Source: Neoechinorhynchus agilis (lineage: Eukaryota > Animalia > Acanthocephala). From it: a stretch of DNA of 64,000 nt. The notes beneath the pieces are model-generated. The model worked only from the letters and a program-made list of their open reading frames with translations, made no database searches and was not told the origin of the DNA. The stretch lies in contig CM121342.1 of assembly GCA_051530055.1 (NCBI GenBank), forward strand, positions 6,447,489-6,511,488. The letters run 5' to 3'. A program made the translations under genes and the position numbers. The first letter of the stretch is position 1. Each line of letters opens with the position of its first letter. Positions 1 through 13,470 of the stretch are shown piece by piece.

Positions 1-68
1 TGATCTGAATTCACTGGTCATTGTTTGTACCTTTTTGGACGTTAATTTTTATTTTAAATCCGTTTTTC

Positions 69-290
69 AAAGTCTTCATCCGCGGTAAATAACTTTTCTT
101 TTAAAATTAAAGACGTTCTGAGAATCTCGTCGTCTTCCATGATCAGTTTGTTTTTTAACAAACTAATAAACTGATCATGGAAGCCAACTAGATTCTCAGA
201 ACTTTTTTTAATCGAAAAAAAGGGTTATTTACACTTTAATCGAAAAAAAGGGTTATTTACACGGTTCAAGACTTCAAAATAACACCTCTA
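69..290. repeat. Fold-back (imperfect palindrome) at the left end of satellite A
   Basis: CTTCCATGATCAGTTT (134-149) pairs with AAACTGATCATGGAAG (168-183), and GTTCTGAGAATCT pairs with AGATTCTCAGAAC (190-202). The left arm 69-127 is an inverted, diverged part of the satellite unit. Confidence 0.85.
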
Positions 291-3200
291 AAAAATATTG
301 AGATATTTCGAAAGAGGAAAAGGTTTTAGTTGATTTTTTATCCGGACGAATTTAACCCTATTCTTCCAAATTGATTTTCTCTTAAATAAAATTTTAGAAT
401 TGTTGATTTACTTTAATTCTAAACTGACAAGAAACTCCAAGACACTTTTTACAAACTAACGATGAACCCGAGGAGATTCTGAGAACGTTTTTAATCGAAA
501 AAAAAGAGTTATTTACCCGGTTAAAGACTTCAAAATAACACCTATAAAAATATTAAGATATTTCGAAAGAGAAAAAGGTTTTAGTTTATTTTAGTTGATT
601 TTTTATCCGGACGAATTTAACCCTATTCTTCCAAATTGATTTTCTCTTAAATAAAATTTTGGAATTGTTGATTTACTTTAATTCTAAACTGACAAGAAAC
701 TCAAGAAACTTTTTACAAACTAACGATGAACCTGAGGAGATTCTCAGAACTTTTAATCGAAAAAAAGGGTTATTTACCCGGTTCGAACTTCAAAATAACA
801 CCTCTAAAAAATATTGAGATATTTCGAAAGACGAAAAGGTTTTAGTTTATTTTTTATCCGGACGAATTTAACCCTATTCTTCCAAATTGATTTTCTCTTA
901 AATAAAATTTTAGAATTGTTGATTTACTTTAATTCTAAACTGACAAGAAACTCAAGACACTTTTTACAAACTGACGATGAACCCGAGGAGATTCTGAGAA
1001 CTTTTTTAATCGAAAAAAGAGTTATTTACCCGGTTCAAGACTTCAAAATAACACCTATAAAAAATATTGAGATATTTCGAAAGAGGAAAAGGTTTTAGTT
1101 TATTTTTTATCCGGACGAATTTAACCCTATTCTTCCAAATTGATTTTCTCTTAAATAAAATTTTAGATTGTTGATTTACTTTAATTCTAAACTGACAAGA
1201 AACTCCAAGACACTTTTTACAAACTAACGATGAACCTGAGGAGATTCTCAGAACGTTTTTAATCGAAAAAAAGAGTTATTTACCCGGTTCAAGACTTCTA
1301 AATAACACCTCTAAAAAATATTGAGATATTTCGAAAGAGGAAAAGGTTTTAGTTGATTTTTTATCCGGACGAATTTAACCCTATTCTTCCAAATTGATTT
1401 TCTCTTAAATAAAATTTTAGAATTGTTGATTTACTTTAATTCTAAACTGACAAGAAACTCCAAGACACTTTTTACAAACTAACGATGAACCTGAGGAGAT
1501 TCTCAGAACGTTTTAATCGAAAAAACCAATTACCCAGTTCAAGACTTCTAAATAACACCTCTAAAAAATATTGAGATATTTCGAAGAGGAAAAGGTTTTA
1601 GTTGATTTTTTATCCGGACGAATTTAACCCTATTCTTCCAAATTGATTTTCTCTTAAATAATATTTTAGAATTGTTAATTTACTTTTAATTCTAAACTGA
1701 CAAGAAACTCCAAGAAACTTTTTACAAACTAACGATGAACCTGAGGAGATTCTCAGAACTTTTTTTAATCGAAAAAAAGGGTTATTTACACGGTTCAAGA
1801 CTTCAAAATAACACCTATAAAAAATATTGAGATATTTCGAAAGAGGAAAAGGTTTTAGTTGATTTTTTATCCGGACGAATTTAACCCTATTCTTCCAAAT
1901 TGATTTTCTCTTAAATAAAATTTTAGAATTGTTGATTTACTTTAATTCTAAACTGACAAGAAACTCCAAGAAACTTTTTACAAACTAACGATGAATCTGA
2001 GGAGATTCGCAGAACGTTTTTTAATCGAAAAAGTTTGCCGCAAGATTGAATTGTTTATACTAAATAACACCTCTAAAAAATATTGAGATATTTCGAAAAG
2101 AGGAAAAGGTTTTAGTTGATTTTTTATCCGGACGAATTTAACCCTATTCTTTAAAATTGATTTTCTCTTAAATAATATTTTAGAATTGTTGATTTACTTT
2201 AATTCTAAACTGACAAGAAACTCCAAGACACTTTTTACAAACTAACAGTAGACGAGGAGATTCTCAGAACTTTTTTTAATCGAAAAAAAGGGTTATTTAC
2301 CCGGTTCAAGACTTCAAAATAACACCTCTAAAAAATATTGAGATATTTCCGAAAGAGGAAAAGGTTTTAGTTGATTTTTATCCGGACGAATTTAACCCCT
2401 ATTCTTCCAAATTGATTTTCTCTTAAATAATATTTTAGAATTGTTGATTTACTTTAATTCTAAACTGACAAGAAACTCCAAGACACTTTTTACAAACTAA
2501 CGATGAACCCGAGGAGATTCTCAGAACTTTTTTTAATCGAAAAAAAGGGTTATTTACCCGGTTCAAGACTTCAAAATAACACCTCTAAAAAATATTGAGA
2601 TATTTCGAAAGAGGAAAAGGGTTTAGTTGATTTTTTATCCGGACGAATTTAACCCTATTCTTCCAAATTGATTTTCTCTTAAATAATATTTTAGAATTGT
2701 TGATTTACTTTAATTCTAAACTGACAAGAAACTCCAAGACACTTTTTACAAACTAACGATGAACCCGAGGAGATTCTCAGAACTTTTAATCGAAAAAAAG
2801 GGTTATTTACCCGGTTCAAGACTTCAAAATAACACCTCTAAAAAATATTGAGATATTTCGAAAGAGGAAAAAGGTTTTAGTTGATTTTTTATCCGGACGA
2901 ATTTAACCCTATTCTTCCAAATTGATTTTCTCTTAAATAATATTTTAGAATTGTTGATTTACTTTAATTCTAAACTGACAAGAAACTCCAAGACACTTTT
3001 TACAAACTAACGATGAACCCGAGGAGATTCTCAGAACTTTTTTTAATCGAAAAAAAGGGTTATTTACCCGGTTCAAGACTTCAAAATAACACCTCTAAAA
3101 AATATTGAGATATTTCGAAAGAGGAAAAGGGTTTAGTTGATTTTTTATCCGGACGAATTTAACCCTATTCTTCCAAATTGATTTTTCTCTTAAATAAAAT

Positions 3201-5867
3201 TTCAGAATTGTTGATTTACTTTAATTCTAAACTGACAAGAAACTCCAAGACACTTTTTACAAACTAACGATGAACCTGGGAGATTCTCAGAACTTTAATC
3301 GAAAAAAAGGGTTATTTACCCGGTTCAAGACTTCAAAATAACACCTCTAAAAATATTGAGATATTTCGAAGAGGAAAAGGGGTTTAGTTGATTTTTTTAT
3401 CCGGACGAATTTAACCCTATTCTTCCAAATTGATTTTCTCTTAAATAAAATTTTAGAATTGTTGATTTACTTTAATTCTAAACTGACAAGAAACTCCAAG
3501 ACACTTTTTACAAATGACGATACAAGGAGATTCTCAGAACTTTTTTTAATCGAAAAAAGGGTTATTTACCCGGTTCAAGACTTCAAAATAACACCTATAA
3601 AAAATATTGAGATATTTCGAAAGACGAAAAGGTTTTAGTTTATTTTTTATCCGGACGAATTTAACCCTATTCTTCCAAATTGATTTTCTCTTAAATAAAA
3701 TTTTAGAATTGTTGATTTACTTTAATTCTAAACTGACAAGAAACTCCAAGACACTTTTTACAAACTAACGATGAACCTGAGGAGATTCTCAGAACTTTTT
3801 TAATCGAAAAAAAGGGTTATTTACCCGGTTCAAGACTTCAAAATAACACCTCTAAAAAATATTGAGATATTTCGAAAGAGGAAAAGGTTTTAGTTGATTT
3901 TTTATCCGGACGAATTTAACCCTATTCTTCCAAATTGATTTTCTCTTAAATAATATTTTAGAATTGTTGATTTACTTTAATTCTAAACTGACAAGAAACT
4001 CCAAGAAACTTTTTACAAACTAACGATGAACCTGAGGAGATTCTCAGAACGTTTTTAATCGAAAAAAAGAGTTATTTACCCGGTTCAAGACTTCTAAATA
4101 ACACCTCTAAAAAATATTGAGATATTTCGAAAGAGGAAAAGGTTTTTAGATTGATTTTATCCGGACGAATTTAACCCTATTCTCCCAAATTGATTTTCTC
4201 TTAAATAATATTTTAGAATTGTTGATTTACTTTAATTCTAAACTGACAAGAAACTCCAAGACACTTTTTACAAACTAACGATGAACCCGAGGAGATTCTC
4301 ATAACGTTTTTAATCGAAAAAAAGAGTTATTTACCCGGTTCAAGACTTCAAAATAACACCTATAAAAATATTGAGATATTTCGAAAGAGGAAAAGGGTTT
4401 AGTTGATTTTTTATCCGGACGAATTTAACCCTATTCTTCCAAATTGATTTTCTCTTAAATAATATTTTAGAATTGTTGATTTACTTTAATTCTAAACTGA
4501 CAAGAAACTCCAAGACACTTTTTACAAACTAACGATGAACCTGAGGAGATTCTCAGAACTTTTTTTAATCGAAAAAAAAGAGTTATTTACCCGGTTCAAG
4601 ACTTCAAAATAACACCTATAAAAATATTGAGATATTTCGAAAGAGGAAAAGGTTTTAGTTGATTTTTTATCCGGACGAATTTAACCCTATTCTTCCAAAT
4701 TGATTTCTCTTAAATAATATTTTAGAATTGTTGATTTACTTTAATTCTAAACTGACAAAGAAACTCAAGACACTTTTTACAAACTAACGATGAACCCGAG
4801 GAGATTCTCAGAACTTTTTTTAATCGAAAAAAAGGGTTATTTACCCGGTTCAAGACTTCAAAATAACACCTCTAAAAAATATTGAGATATTTCGAAAGAG
4901 GAAAAGGGTTTAGTTGATTTTTTATCCGGACGAATTTAACCTATTCTTCAAATTGATTTTCTCTTAAATAATATTTTAGAATTGTTGATTTACTTTAATT
5001 CTAAACTGACAAGAAACTCCAAGACACTTTTTACAAACTAACGATGAACCTGAGGAGATTCTCAGAACGTTTTTAATCGAAAAAAAGAGTTATTTACCCG
5101 GTTCAAGACTTCAAAATAACACCTCTAAAAAATATTGAGATATTTCGAAAGACGAAAAGGTTTTAGTTGATTTTTTATCCGGACGAATTTAACCCTATTC
5201 TTCCAAATTGATTTTCTCTTGAATAAAATTTTAGAATTGTTGATTTACTTTAATTCTAAACTGACAAGAAACTCCAAGACACTTTTTACAAACTAACGAT
5301 GAACCCGAGGAGATTCTCAGAACGTTTTTAATCGAAAAAAAGGGATATTTACCCGGTTAAAGACTTCTAAATAACACCTATAAAAAATATTGAGATATTT
5401 CGAAAGACGAAAAGGTTTTAGTTGATTTTTTATCCGGACGAATTTAACCCTATTCTTCCAAATTGATTTTCTCTTAAATAATATTTTAGAATTGTTGATT
5501 TACTTTAATTCTAAACTGACAAGAAACTCCAAGACACTTTTTACAAACTGACGATGAACCCGAGGAGATTCTGAGAACTTTTTTAATCGAAAAAAAGGGT
5601 TATTTACCCGGTTCAAGACTTCAAAATAACACCTATAAAAAATATTGAGATATTTCGAAAGAGGAAAAGGTTTTAGTTGATTTTTTATCCGGACGAATTT
5701 AACCCTATTCTTCCAAATTGATTTTCTCTTAAATAAAATTTCAGAATTGTTGATTTACTTTAATTCTAAACTGACAAGAAACTCCAAGACACTTTTTACA
5801 AACTAACGATGAACCTGAGGAGATTCTCAGAACTTTTTTAATCGAAAAAAGAGTTATTTACCCGGTT
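190..5867 (+). repeat. Tandem satellite A, ~253-bp unit, ~22 copies
   Basis: The motif ATCCGGACGAATTTAACCCTATTCTTCCAAATTG recurs about every 253 bp (e.g. GGACG at 2641, 2895, 3151). Copies differ mainly in homopolymer length. Confidence 0.97.
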
Positions 5868-5874
5868 TGTCCAA

Positions 5875-6170
5875 GCATTCGTGAAGGTCAAAGTGGTGCA
5901 GTATATAGAATACCTTTCTCGGATTGTGATCGCTGCTATATTCGCCAGGCAAATAACTTTGAGGAGGATGAGGGAACATCGCTAATCACTGAAGAAACAG
6001 GACACGAACTCCGCTGTGGTTTCCGACTACGGGCCATAAGATCGATATTAACGATGGATATTTGTCGGTAGTTGAAAGCGTTATTATCGAGGCCATGTTC
6101 ATTCAGGGAACCAATACTTTCGAGGGATCCGGCAAATTCGAGTGTTCACGGGAACCCAAAGAAACATGGG
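5875..6170 (+). mobile_element. Decayed GIY-YIG endonuclease fragment of a Penelope-like retroelement
   Basis: Hand translation gives QSGAVYRIPFSDCDRCYIRQ, then (frameshift) TLRRMREHR, then ESVIIEAMFIQGTN. This matches the PLE pattern VY.IPC..C...YIG.T.R.L..R..EH...LEA..I. Confidence 0.7.
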
Positions 6171-8131
6171 CCCTTTTCTCGTGAATGCGCTTTAGACATT
6201 TTTATCTGTCGAAGATCATTAAATTGTATTTTAAGATAATGAGTAATTTACGAATACGCAAAACTTTCCATACTTTTGAGAAGTCTATATATTTGAAACG
6301 ACTGGAATGTTAATGAATTCACTACAATATATTTTATAGCTCGAATGAACAACGGGAAATACAGAGTTTTTGTGTTTTCTTTCAAAAAATCGGATTCAGT
6401 TTCGGTAATATAATTAAAAAAATGATCAAAATGCAATAACGCTGACAGGAAATTAAAATTTGTCCTAATCTTCAATAGAAATCGGAGATTGAGACTCTGT
6501 GAATCGATCGCTTTATTCCATTCGTGGAAATCTTTTACAAAAATATTAATTCCGATCTCTAATGAACAACGGGAAATACAGAGTTTTTGTGTTTTCTTTC
6601 AAAAAATCATATTCAGTTTCGTAAAGTTAACAAAGCTTAACTTTGGTATTCAATAAAAACTGATTAATATGCGAATCTTTTTTATCGTATTGCTAATTTC
6701 TGGCTTTGAAAAAATTGAAATTTGTCCGAATCTTCATTTGAAAACTCACAGTAAACATCGACAAATCTTCTGTATAGAATTAACTAAAAACAAAAACTAC
6801 TAACAAATTGTTTGATTTTGTGTTTAAACAAAAAGCGTCTATTGAAACATTCAAAATAAAGAAGAAATGCTTTAGTTTAAAACACGTTGTCTTTTGTCCT
6901 AAAGTCAGTTCGACTATTACCAACGATGGCAATAAAAGACATTTTGTTTAATGCTTTTATACTCGTAATCTAAATAGTGGACATTATTCGCTGATTCTAA
7001 GCAACGCTTTCACCATAAAACACAGAAGCGACCTAAAAATACGCTGTATGCCGTTTGTGGCATTTTTTTCATTATTATCGGCATAATGAATAAACATGGA
7101 GGAATTTCGTACAAAAAAACATTCATATATTCTGGCGATCACCAATTTTTCATTATCAATATGCAATCAAAAACTTTTTCTTTTTTAGTGAAACAAAACT
7201 GAGATAAATTCTAAAAAAAGAAGGTTGCATGCCATCGAATTGGCGTTCAATTGACGCTTAAAAATAATGTCAAATTTTTTGCCGTCCTCCTCTCGAGATC
7301 TTTTGAATAAGTTTTATTTATTGTAATGACAAAAAGAAAATCTTAATTTCCGTGTGCTTTCGCTGTCTTACGACTTCCTAAGGAATTTCGTGAAAGTTTT
7401 CTAACATCCTGAGCGATTGAGAAAATGAAAATATTTCAAAATTCATCGATAGAGAAAATCCTTCGGGTTAGTCAGAGTATCATTTGGGTGAAAATACTCC
7501 CAGATATTTAGAAGGAGGTAACCTTGCATCCGCCATTTATCGATTTATTTGGTGAAATGCGTTAATGTCCTCGATGTCTGACTCAAGCAGATAAATAAAG
7601 ATTATGAATTTAGGGTTGCTAATTTTCTTTATAAGTTGTAGCAATCAATATCTTCCCGATCCTAGGGGAGGAAATTCTATCATCCCGTAAAATTTGGTCT
7701 TAAGCTCGGAGTCCACAATGGATGATTTTCAAATACTACAAAAATTAGACATATTGTTTAGACAATCTTAGAAGCAACGAAATAAACATGTGAGAAATCG
7801 GTATAGCAAATGGGTTAGGGTGCCAAAAAGAGAAGTATAACAATAACGCTTCGGTAAAGTGTTTCTTGCAGTTCGGATTTCCGATTATACACATCTCAGC
7901 CAATAGTTTCGGGATCTCTTTTAGAACAATCGTGACTGCAAGGGATAAAAAAATTGATTTTTTAAGGAAAAACGTTTGTAAGACCAATAATTGAAATTTG
8001 TTTTCGGTATAATGTAACAATTTTTTTGTTAAAACATAGATTGAACATTAAATTGTTTATGGCATAAAAATTAAACCGTTTGAAGATTGAATTGTTTATA
8101 TTGGTTGTTTTATGGCGTAGAAATCAAATGA

Positions 8132-8434
8132 TAATTTTATTTTTAAACTGCAGATTGTTTTCAGGGGCACAATCTTGTACGTCTTTTCATCTGAACTTTC
8201 TTTTTTGTTTCATTGGTTGTTCACTAGCAAACTTGTCTTTTTAGTGTTAAAACTTGTCAGTTAGCAAACAATTTCATTAGGTCGACATCGTGGCTTTTCC
8301 AATTTTATCATCGATTTGTTTAATATCAAAAGTGGTTGTTTTATTGGGAAGAAAATGATTTTAAAACAACGTCGACAAAAGACCTATAAGATTGTGCCTC
8401 TGAAATCAGTCGGGTTTTAAAAATAAAATCATTT
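8132..8434. mobile_element. Small inverted-repeat element (MITE-like), ~60-bp imperfect arms
   Basis: TTTCAGGGGCACAATCTT (~8159-8176) pairs with AAGATTGTGCCTCTGAAA (~8388-8405) with one mismatch. Pairing extends outward to ATTTTATTTTTAAA/TTTAAAAATAAAAT. Confidence 0.55.
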
Positions 8435-8705
8435 TCGTCCCTATAAAATAATCAATAAAAATTTAAATTAATTTATTAAAAAATGATTGTTTTCGAAGGC
8501 GCAACCAAAATTTCTTTAATTTTTACGCCATAAACATGAAAACGCACAAGAAATGCCTAAAAAACAGAAACTTTTAAGAATCTTTTTTTGAATGTAAAGT
8601 AGCATTTAATAAATTAGTTTGAATTGTGGTAAATGTGCCTCATTAGATTTCATCAAAACAATTCTCGCTTTTAATATCATATCGACTTTTAAAAGTTCTC
8701 TATGA

Positions 8706-11315
8706 TGTTAAATATAATTTTGGACTTTATTGAATTATTATGTGATCGATCAGACGCTTTTTTTCATTTATTAAGCGTTAAATCTATGGAAAAAATGAAT
8801 TTTTATTTTTTGGCATAAAGCGAATCCGCAAAAAAATGTTAAATATAATTTTGGACTTTATTGAATTATTATGTGATCGATCCAAGGTTTTTTTCATTAA
8901 TTTATTAAGCGTTAAATCTATGGAAAAAATTAATCTTTATTTTTTGGCATAAAGCGAATCCGCGAAAAAATGTTAAATATAATTTTGGACTTTATTGAAT
9001 TATTATGTGATCGATCCGCCGCTTTTTTTTCATTTACTATTAAGCGTTAAATCTATGGAAAAAATGAATTTTTTTTCTGGCATAAAGCGAATCCGCAAAA
9101 AATTTTAAATATAATTTAGGACTTTATTGAATTATTATGTGATCGATCAGACGCTTTTTTCATTCATTAATAAGCGTTAAATCTATGGAAAAAATGAATT
9201 TTTATTTTTTGGCATAAAGCGAATCCGCGAAAAATGTTAAATATAATTTTGGACTTTATTGAATTATTATGTGATCGATCAGACGCTTTTTTCATTCATT
9301 AATAAGCGTTAAATCTATGGAAAAAATGAATTTATTTTTTTGGCATAAAGCGAATCCGCAAAAAATTTTAAATATAATTTTGGACTTTATTGAATTATTA
9401 TGTGATCGATCGAGTTTTCATATTAATAAGCGTTAAATCTATGGAAAAAATAATTTTTGGCATAAAGCGAATCCGCAAAAAATTTAAAAAAGACTATTAA
9501 TTATTATGTGATCGATCCAAGGTTTTTCATTCATTAATAAGCGTTAAATCTATGGAAAAAATGGCGTTAAATCTATGGAAAAAATGAATTTTTATTTTTT
9601 GGCATAAAGCGAATCCGCGAAAAATGTTAAATATAATTTTGGACTTTATTGAATTATTATGTGATCGATCAGACGCTTTTTTTCATTTATTAAGCGTTAA
9701 ATCTATGGAAAAAATGAATTTTTATTTTTTGGCATAAAGCGAATCCGCAAAAAAATGTTAAATATAATTTTGGACTTTATTGAATTATTATGTGATCGAT
9801 CAGACGCTTTTTTCATTCATTAATAAGCGTTAAATCTATGGAAAAAATGAATTTTTATTTTTTGGCATAAAGCGAATCCGCGAAAAAATGTTAAATATAA
9901 TTTTGGACTTTATTGAATTATTATGTGATCGATCAGACGCTTTTTTCATTCATTAATAAGCGTTAAATCTATGGAAAAAATGAATTTTTTTGGCATAAAG
10001 CGAATCCGCAAAAAATTTTAAATATAATTTTGGACTTTATTGAATTATTATGTGATCGATCCAAGGTTTTTTCATTCATTAATAAGCGTTAAATCTATGG
10101 AAAAAATATTTTGGCAGCTGAAAATTTTGGACTTTATTGAATTATTATGTGATCGATCAGACGCTTTTTCATTCATTAATAAGCGTTAAATCTATGGAAA
10201 AAATGAATTTTTATTTTTTGGCATAAAGCGAATCCGCAAAAAATGTTAAATATAATTTTGGACTTTATTGAATTATTATGTGATCGATCAGACGCTTTTT
10301 TCATTCATTAATAAGCGTTAAATCTATGGAAAAAATGAATTTTTTATTTTTTGGCATAAAGCGAATCCGCAAAAAATGTTAAATATAATTTTGGACTTTA
10401 TTGAATTATTATGTGATCGATCAGACGCTTTTTTCATTCATTAATAAGCGTTAAATCTATGGAAAAAATGAATTTTTATTTTTTGGCATAAAGCGAATCC
10501 GCAAAAAATGTTAAATATAATTTTGGACTTTATTGAATTATTATGTGATCGATCAGACGCTTTTTTTCATTCATTATTAAGCGTTAAATCTATGGAAAAA
10601 ATGAATTTTTATTTTTTGGCATAAAGCGAATCCGCAAAAAATGTTAAATATAATTTTGGACTTTATTGAATTATTATGTGATCGATCAGACGCTTTTTTC
10701 ATTCATTAATAAGCGTTAAATCTATGGAAAAAATGAATTTTTATTTTTTGGCATAAAGCGAATCCGCGAAAAAATGTTAAATATAATTTTGGACTTTATT
10801 GAATTATTATGTGATCGATCAGACGCTTTTTTTTCATTTACTATTAAGCGTTAAATCTATGGAAAAAATGAATTTTTATTTTTTGGCATAAAGCGAATCC
10901 GCGAAAAAATGTTAAATATAATTTTGGACTTTATTGAATTATTATGTGATCGATCAGACGCTTTTTTCATTCATAAATTACTATTAAGCGTTAAATCTAT
11001 GGAAAAAATGAATTTTTATTTTCTGGCATAAAGCGAATCCGCAAAAAATTTTAAATATAATTTTGGACTTTATTGAATTATTATGTGATCGATCAGACGC
11101 TTTTTTTCATTCATTAATAAGCGTTAAATCTATGGAAAAAATGAATTTTTATATTTTGGATTAAAACGAATCCGCGAAAAAATGTTAAATAGAATTTTGG
11201 ACTTTATTGAATTATTATGTGATCGACCCAAGGTTTTTTTCATTAATTTATTAAGCGTTAAATCTATGGAAAAAATTAATCTTGATTTTTTGGCATAAAG
11301 CGAATCCGCAAAAAA
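8706..11315 (+). repeat. Tandem satellite B, ~132-bp unit, ~20 copies
   Basis: GACTTTATTGAATTATTATGTGATCGATC recurs at 10261, 10394, 10526 and onward. Confidence 0.97.
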
Positions 11316-11459
11316 ACACCTTTAAAATGAGTTTGTGACTTTTATTTTTCTTTAGATGGGCACGGAAAACCCGGAATGGCCTAACCTACTGATTCATATG
11401 GGTGTATTTCTCTTTCTTTTTTTCTGAATCATTAGACTAAACCGTTCAAACAAAGTCTT

Positions 11460-11960
11460 TTGGCATCAATCATAGAATATAGTCCTGTGACCGCCCGTAG
11501 ACCCATTTGTAATGTTCTCATAAAAGAGACAATTGAGAGCTTTACCGGCAAAAATGTGCCGATGAGTATTTTAAAACAAAGCATCAGCTCGTTCAAAAAT
11601 GGATTAAAAATCACGGAGTCTCGGCGTACAGTAAAATATGTCGTGGATTCGGAAGGACGTGTTATTCCTAAGGAGAACGAGTACAAAGCAAAGATGGCTG
11701 AATTGAACGTAAAAAACGATCGACAATTTCGATTAAATAACTTAAATGATGAGATTGATGAACGTCTCGAAAATATGCCCAGCAGTGCAATGCAACAAGC
11801 TCTTAAATTACATGATTCACTGTTGAAAAAACCAGCGAACAATACCTGCGACTCATTGATTCTAGGGACGAAGACCAGCGATAATCTTTATCAACCGAAT
11901 GTCGCTTCGAAAAAAGAGTTCGAAGATCTATTGAATCAATCAAACAAAAAGATCAACTGA
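11460..11960 (+). CDS. Unassigned 166-aa ORF (possibly TE-derived or an orphan exon)
   Basis: Open frame with protein-like composition in AT-rich DNA, but a TTG start and no recognisable motif. Confidence 0.25.
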   Translation: MASIIEYSPVTARRPICNVLIKETIESFTGKNVPMSILKQSISSFKNGLKITESRRTVKYVVDSEGRVIPKENEYKAKMAELNVKNDRQFRLNNLNDEIDERLENMPSSAMQQALKLHDSLLKKPANNTCDSLILGTKTSDNLYQPNVASKKEFEDLLNQSNKKIN

Positions 11961-12074
11961 AACAGTAACGGCAAAGAAAAATCGTCGATAGTAAAAAAAA
12001 TCGCTTATCTAGACGGAGATCTCAACGTGTAAAAATAAAAACAACTTTCCAAACTGAATTTGAAATACCAGCAC

Positions 12075-12181
12075 AAAATCATTTCTCGGCGAACCTGGTC
12101 AATGGTATCGTTAAAAGTTTTAAAAATCCATCTTTGGAAACATTTAATTTTTGAACAGCGATTGAATGGACGACTATGCGA
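12075..12181 (-). pseudogene. Truncated duplicate of the groucho-like 5' end and its upstream sequence
   Basis: Near-identical to ~32913-33018. It encodes FKTFNDTIDQVRREMI versus FKTLNDTIDQVRREMI in the full gene. Confidence 0.85.
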
Positions 12182-13334
12182 TCCGAGTTTCACTGCAATT
12201 CGATCGTTTTGAACGAATGCGTGCAAATTTTGGTTCGCAAATTTGCGCTGACAATTGTTAGGATCATTTAAGACGCCCGGATCCTCCAGACGGACCGAAG
12301 GTAGAAATTTGTTAGATATAATTCCGGTTTTGATGGAGCTCTGGGTTCATCGCTTCCCATAATATCTCCGGGTTTGATGGAGATTTGGGAGCATCGTTGA
12401 AAAATAGGTATAATCTCCGACCAGTTAAAAAGGAGGACTATATTTTTGTCATTAAAAATGAAGATCTGCTCAAAAAAGAAATTGGAATAAAAAATATCGC
12501 CAAAGCTAATCCGAAAAATTCTAAGATTTTCAAAAGAATATTTCAATATTCCCATAAAATTGTCCTTGATTTCCTGAAATATCTATCTACCATTCCCTAC
12601 TCAGATTTCTCCAGGAAATGCAACATCTTGATGCTAAAAGATAAAAATATTTTTAAAATAAGCCAAATGCAATGTTGGGACAGAAATTGACGATGCATGT
12701 CGAAGGGACGGACTGTCGATCGGATTACTTGGTTTTAAAGTCACCTTCGCAGTATTCAAGAATGAGATGGATGATTTTATACTCATATCAATACAGAAAA
12801 TGTCATGTTTTTCCCCGGTTTGGCGAAATTTATTAAATTATTTAAAGGGTCAATATTTCGACTCGCTAGGACGTTGCTTGTAAGTTTTCAAATATTCGAG
12901 TTCGAGCAACGTCCTGAAGAAGACTCACAAGCGAGTCGAAATATCGACCCTTTAAATAATTTAATAAATTTCGCCAAATCGGGGAAAAATGCAGAAAATG
13001 TCAGGGGCACATGGCATACAAATGCGATAAAAATGCAGCTGGCACTCACTGCAGTGGGGAGCACCTGTCCAGTAATTGCAAAAAACAAATGCTGTAGAAA
13101 ATGTGTTAACTGCATTTTGAACCATAAGGCATACGATACCAGATGCGAGGAAGCAAAAAAGTATTTGAATTTTTTCATTAACAGTGGCGAGAGTAGGATA
13201 ATGGAGACAAGGGATCAGTAAAATATATTTCTCAAAATCCTCATCAAGAGCCAGATTTGAAGTCCATCAAATTTTGATTCACTAAAGAAAATGAGGGCTT
13301 GAAAGAGGCGTTCAAAGTTTTTCAAAATATTACG

Positions 13335-13470
13335 TTTTGTTGAAAAGATAATTCATTGTTATTTGTCGATAGGAGAGATAAATGAAATTAAGATTTTATC
13401 TTCAGCAGAGATAGTGGATCGAAATATCCAATAAATTCTTAATTTCATTTATCTCTCCTATCGACAAATA
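13335..13470. mobile_element. Short TIR element (MITE-like), copy 1
   Basis: 33-bp inverted repeat ATTTGTCGATAGGAGAGATAAATGAAATTAAGA (13361-13393) pairs with ~13437-13469. The same family occurs in opposite orientation at 53976-54124. Confidence 0.8.

Noticed and set aside
814-1798. ORFs inside satellite A
   Set aside because: Chance open frames, broken by homopolymer indels in the other units.
6340-6740. Degenerate direct repeat (ATGAACAACGGGAAATACAGAG twice)
   Set aside because: An old two-copy local duplication with no further structure.
7810-7825. Telomeric TTAGGG motif (also ~39946)
   Set aside because: Isolated single occurrences, not arrays.
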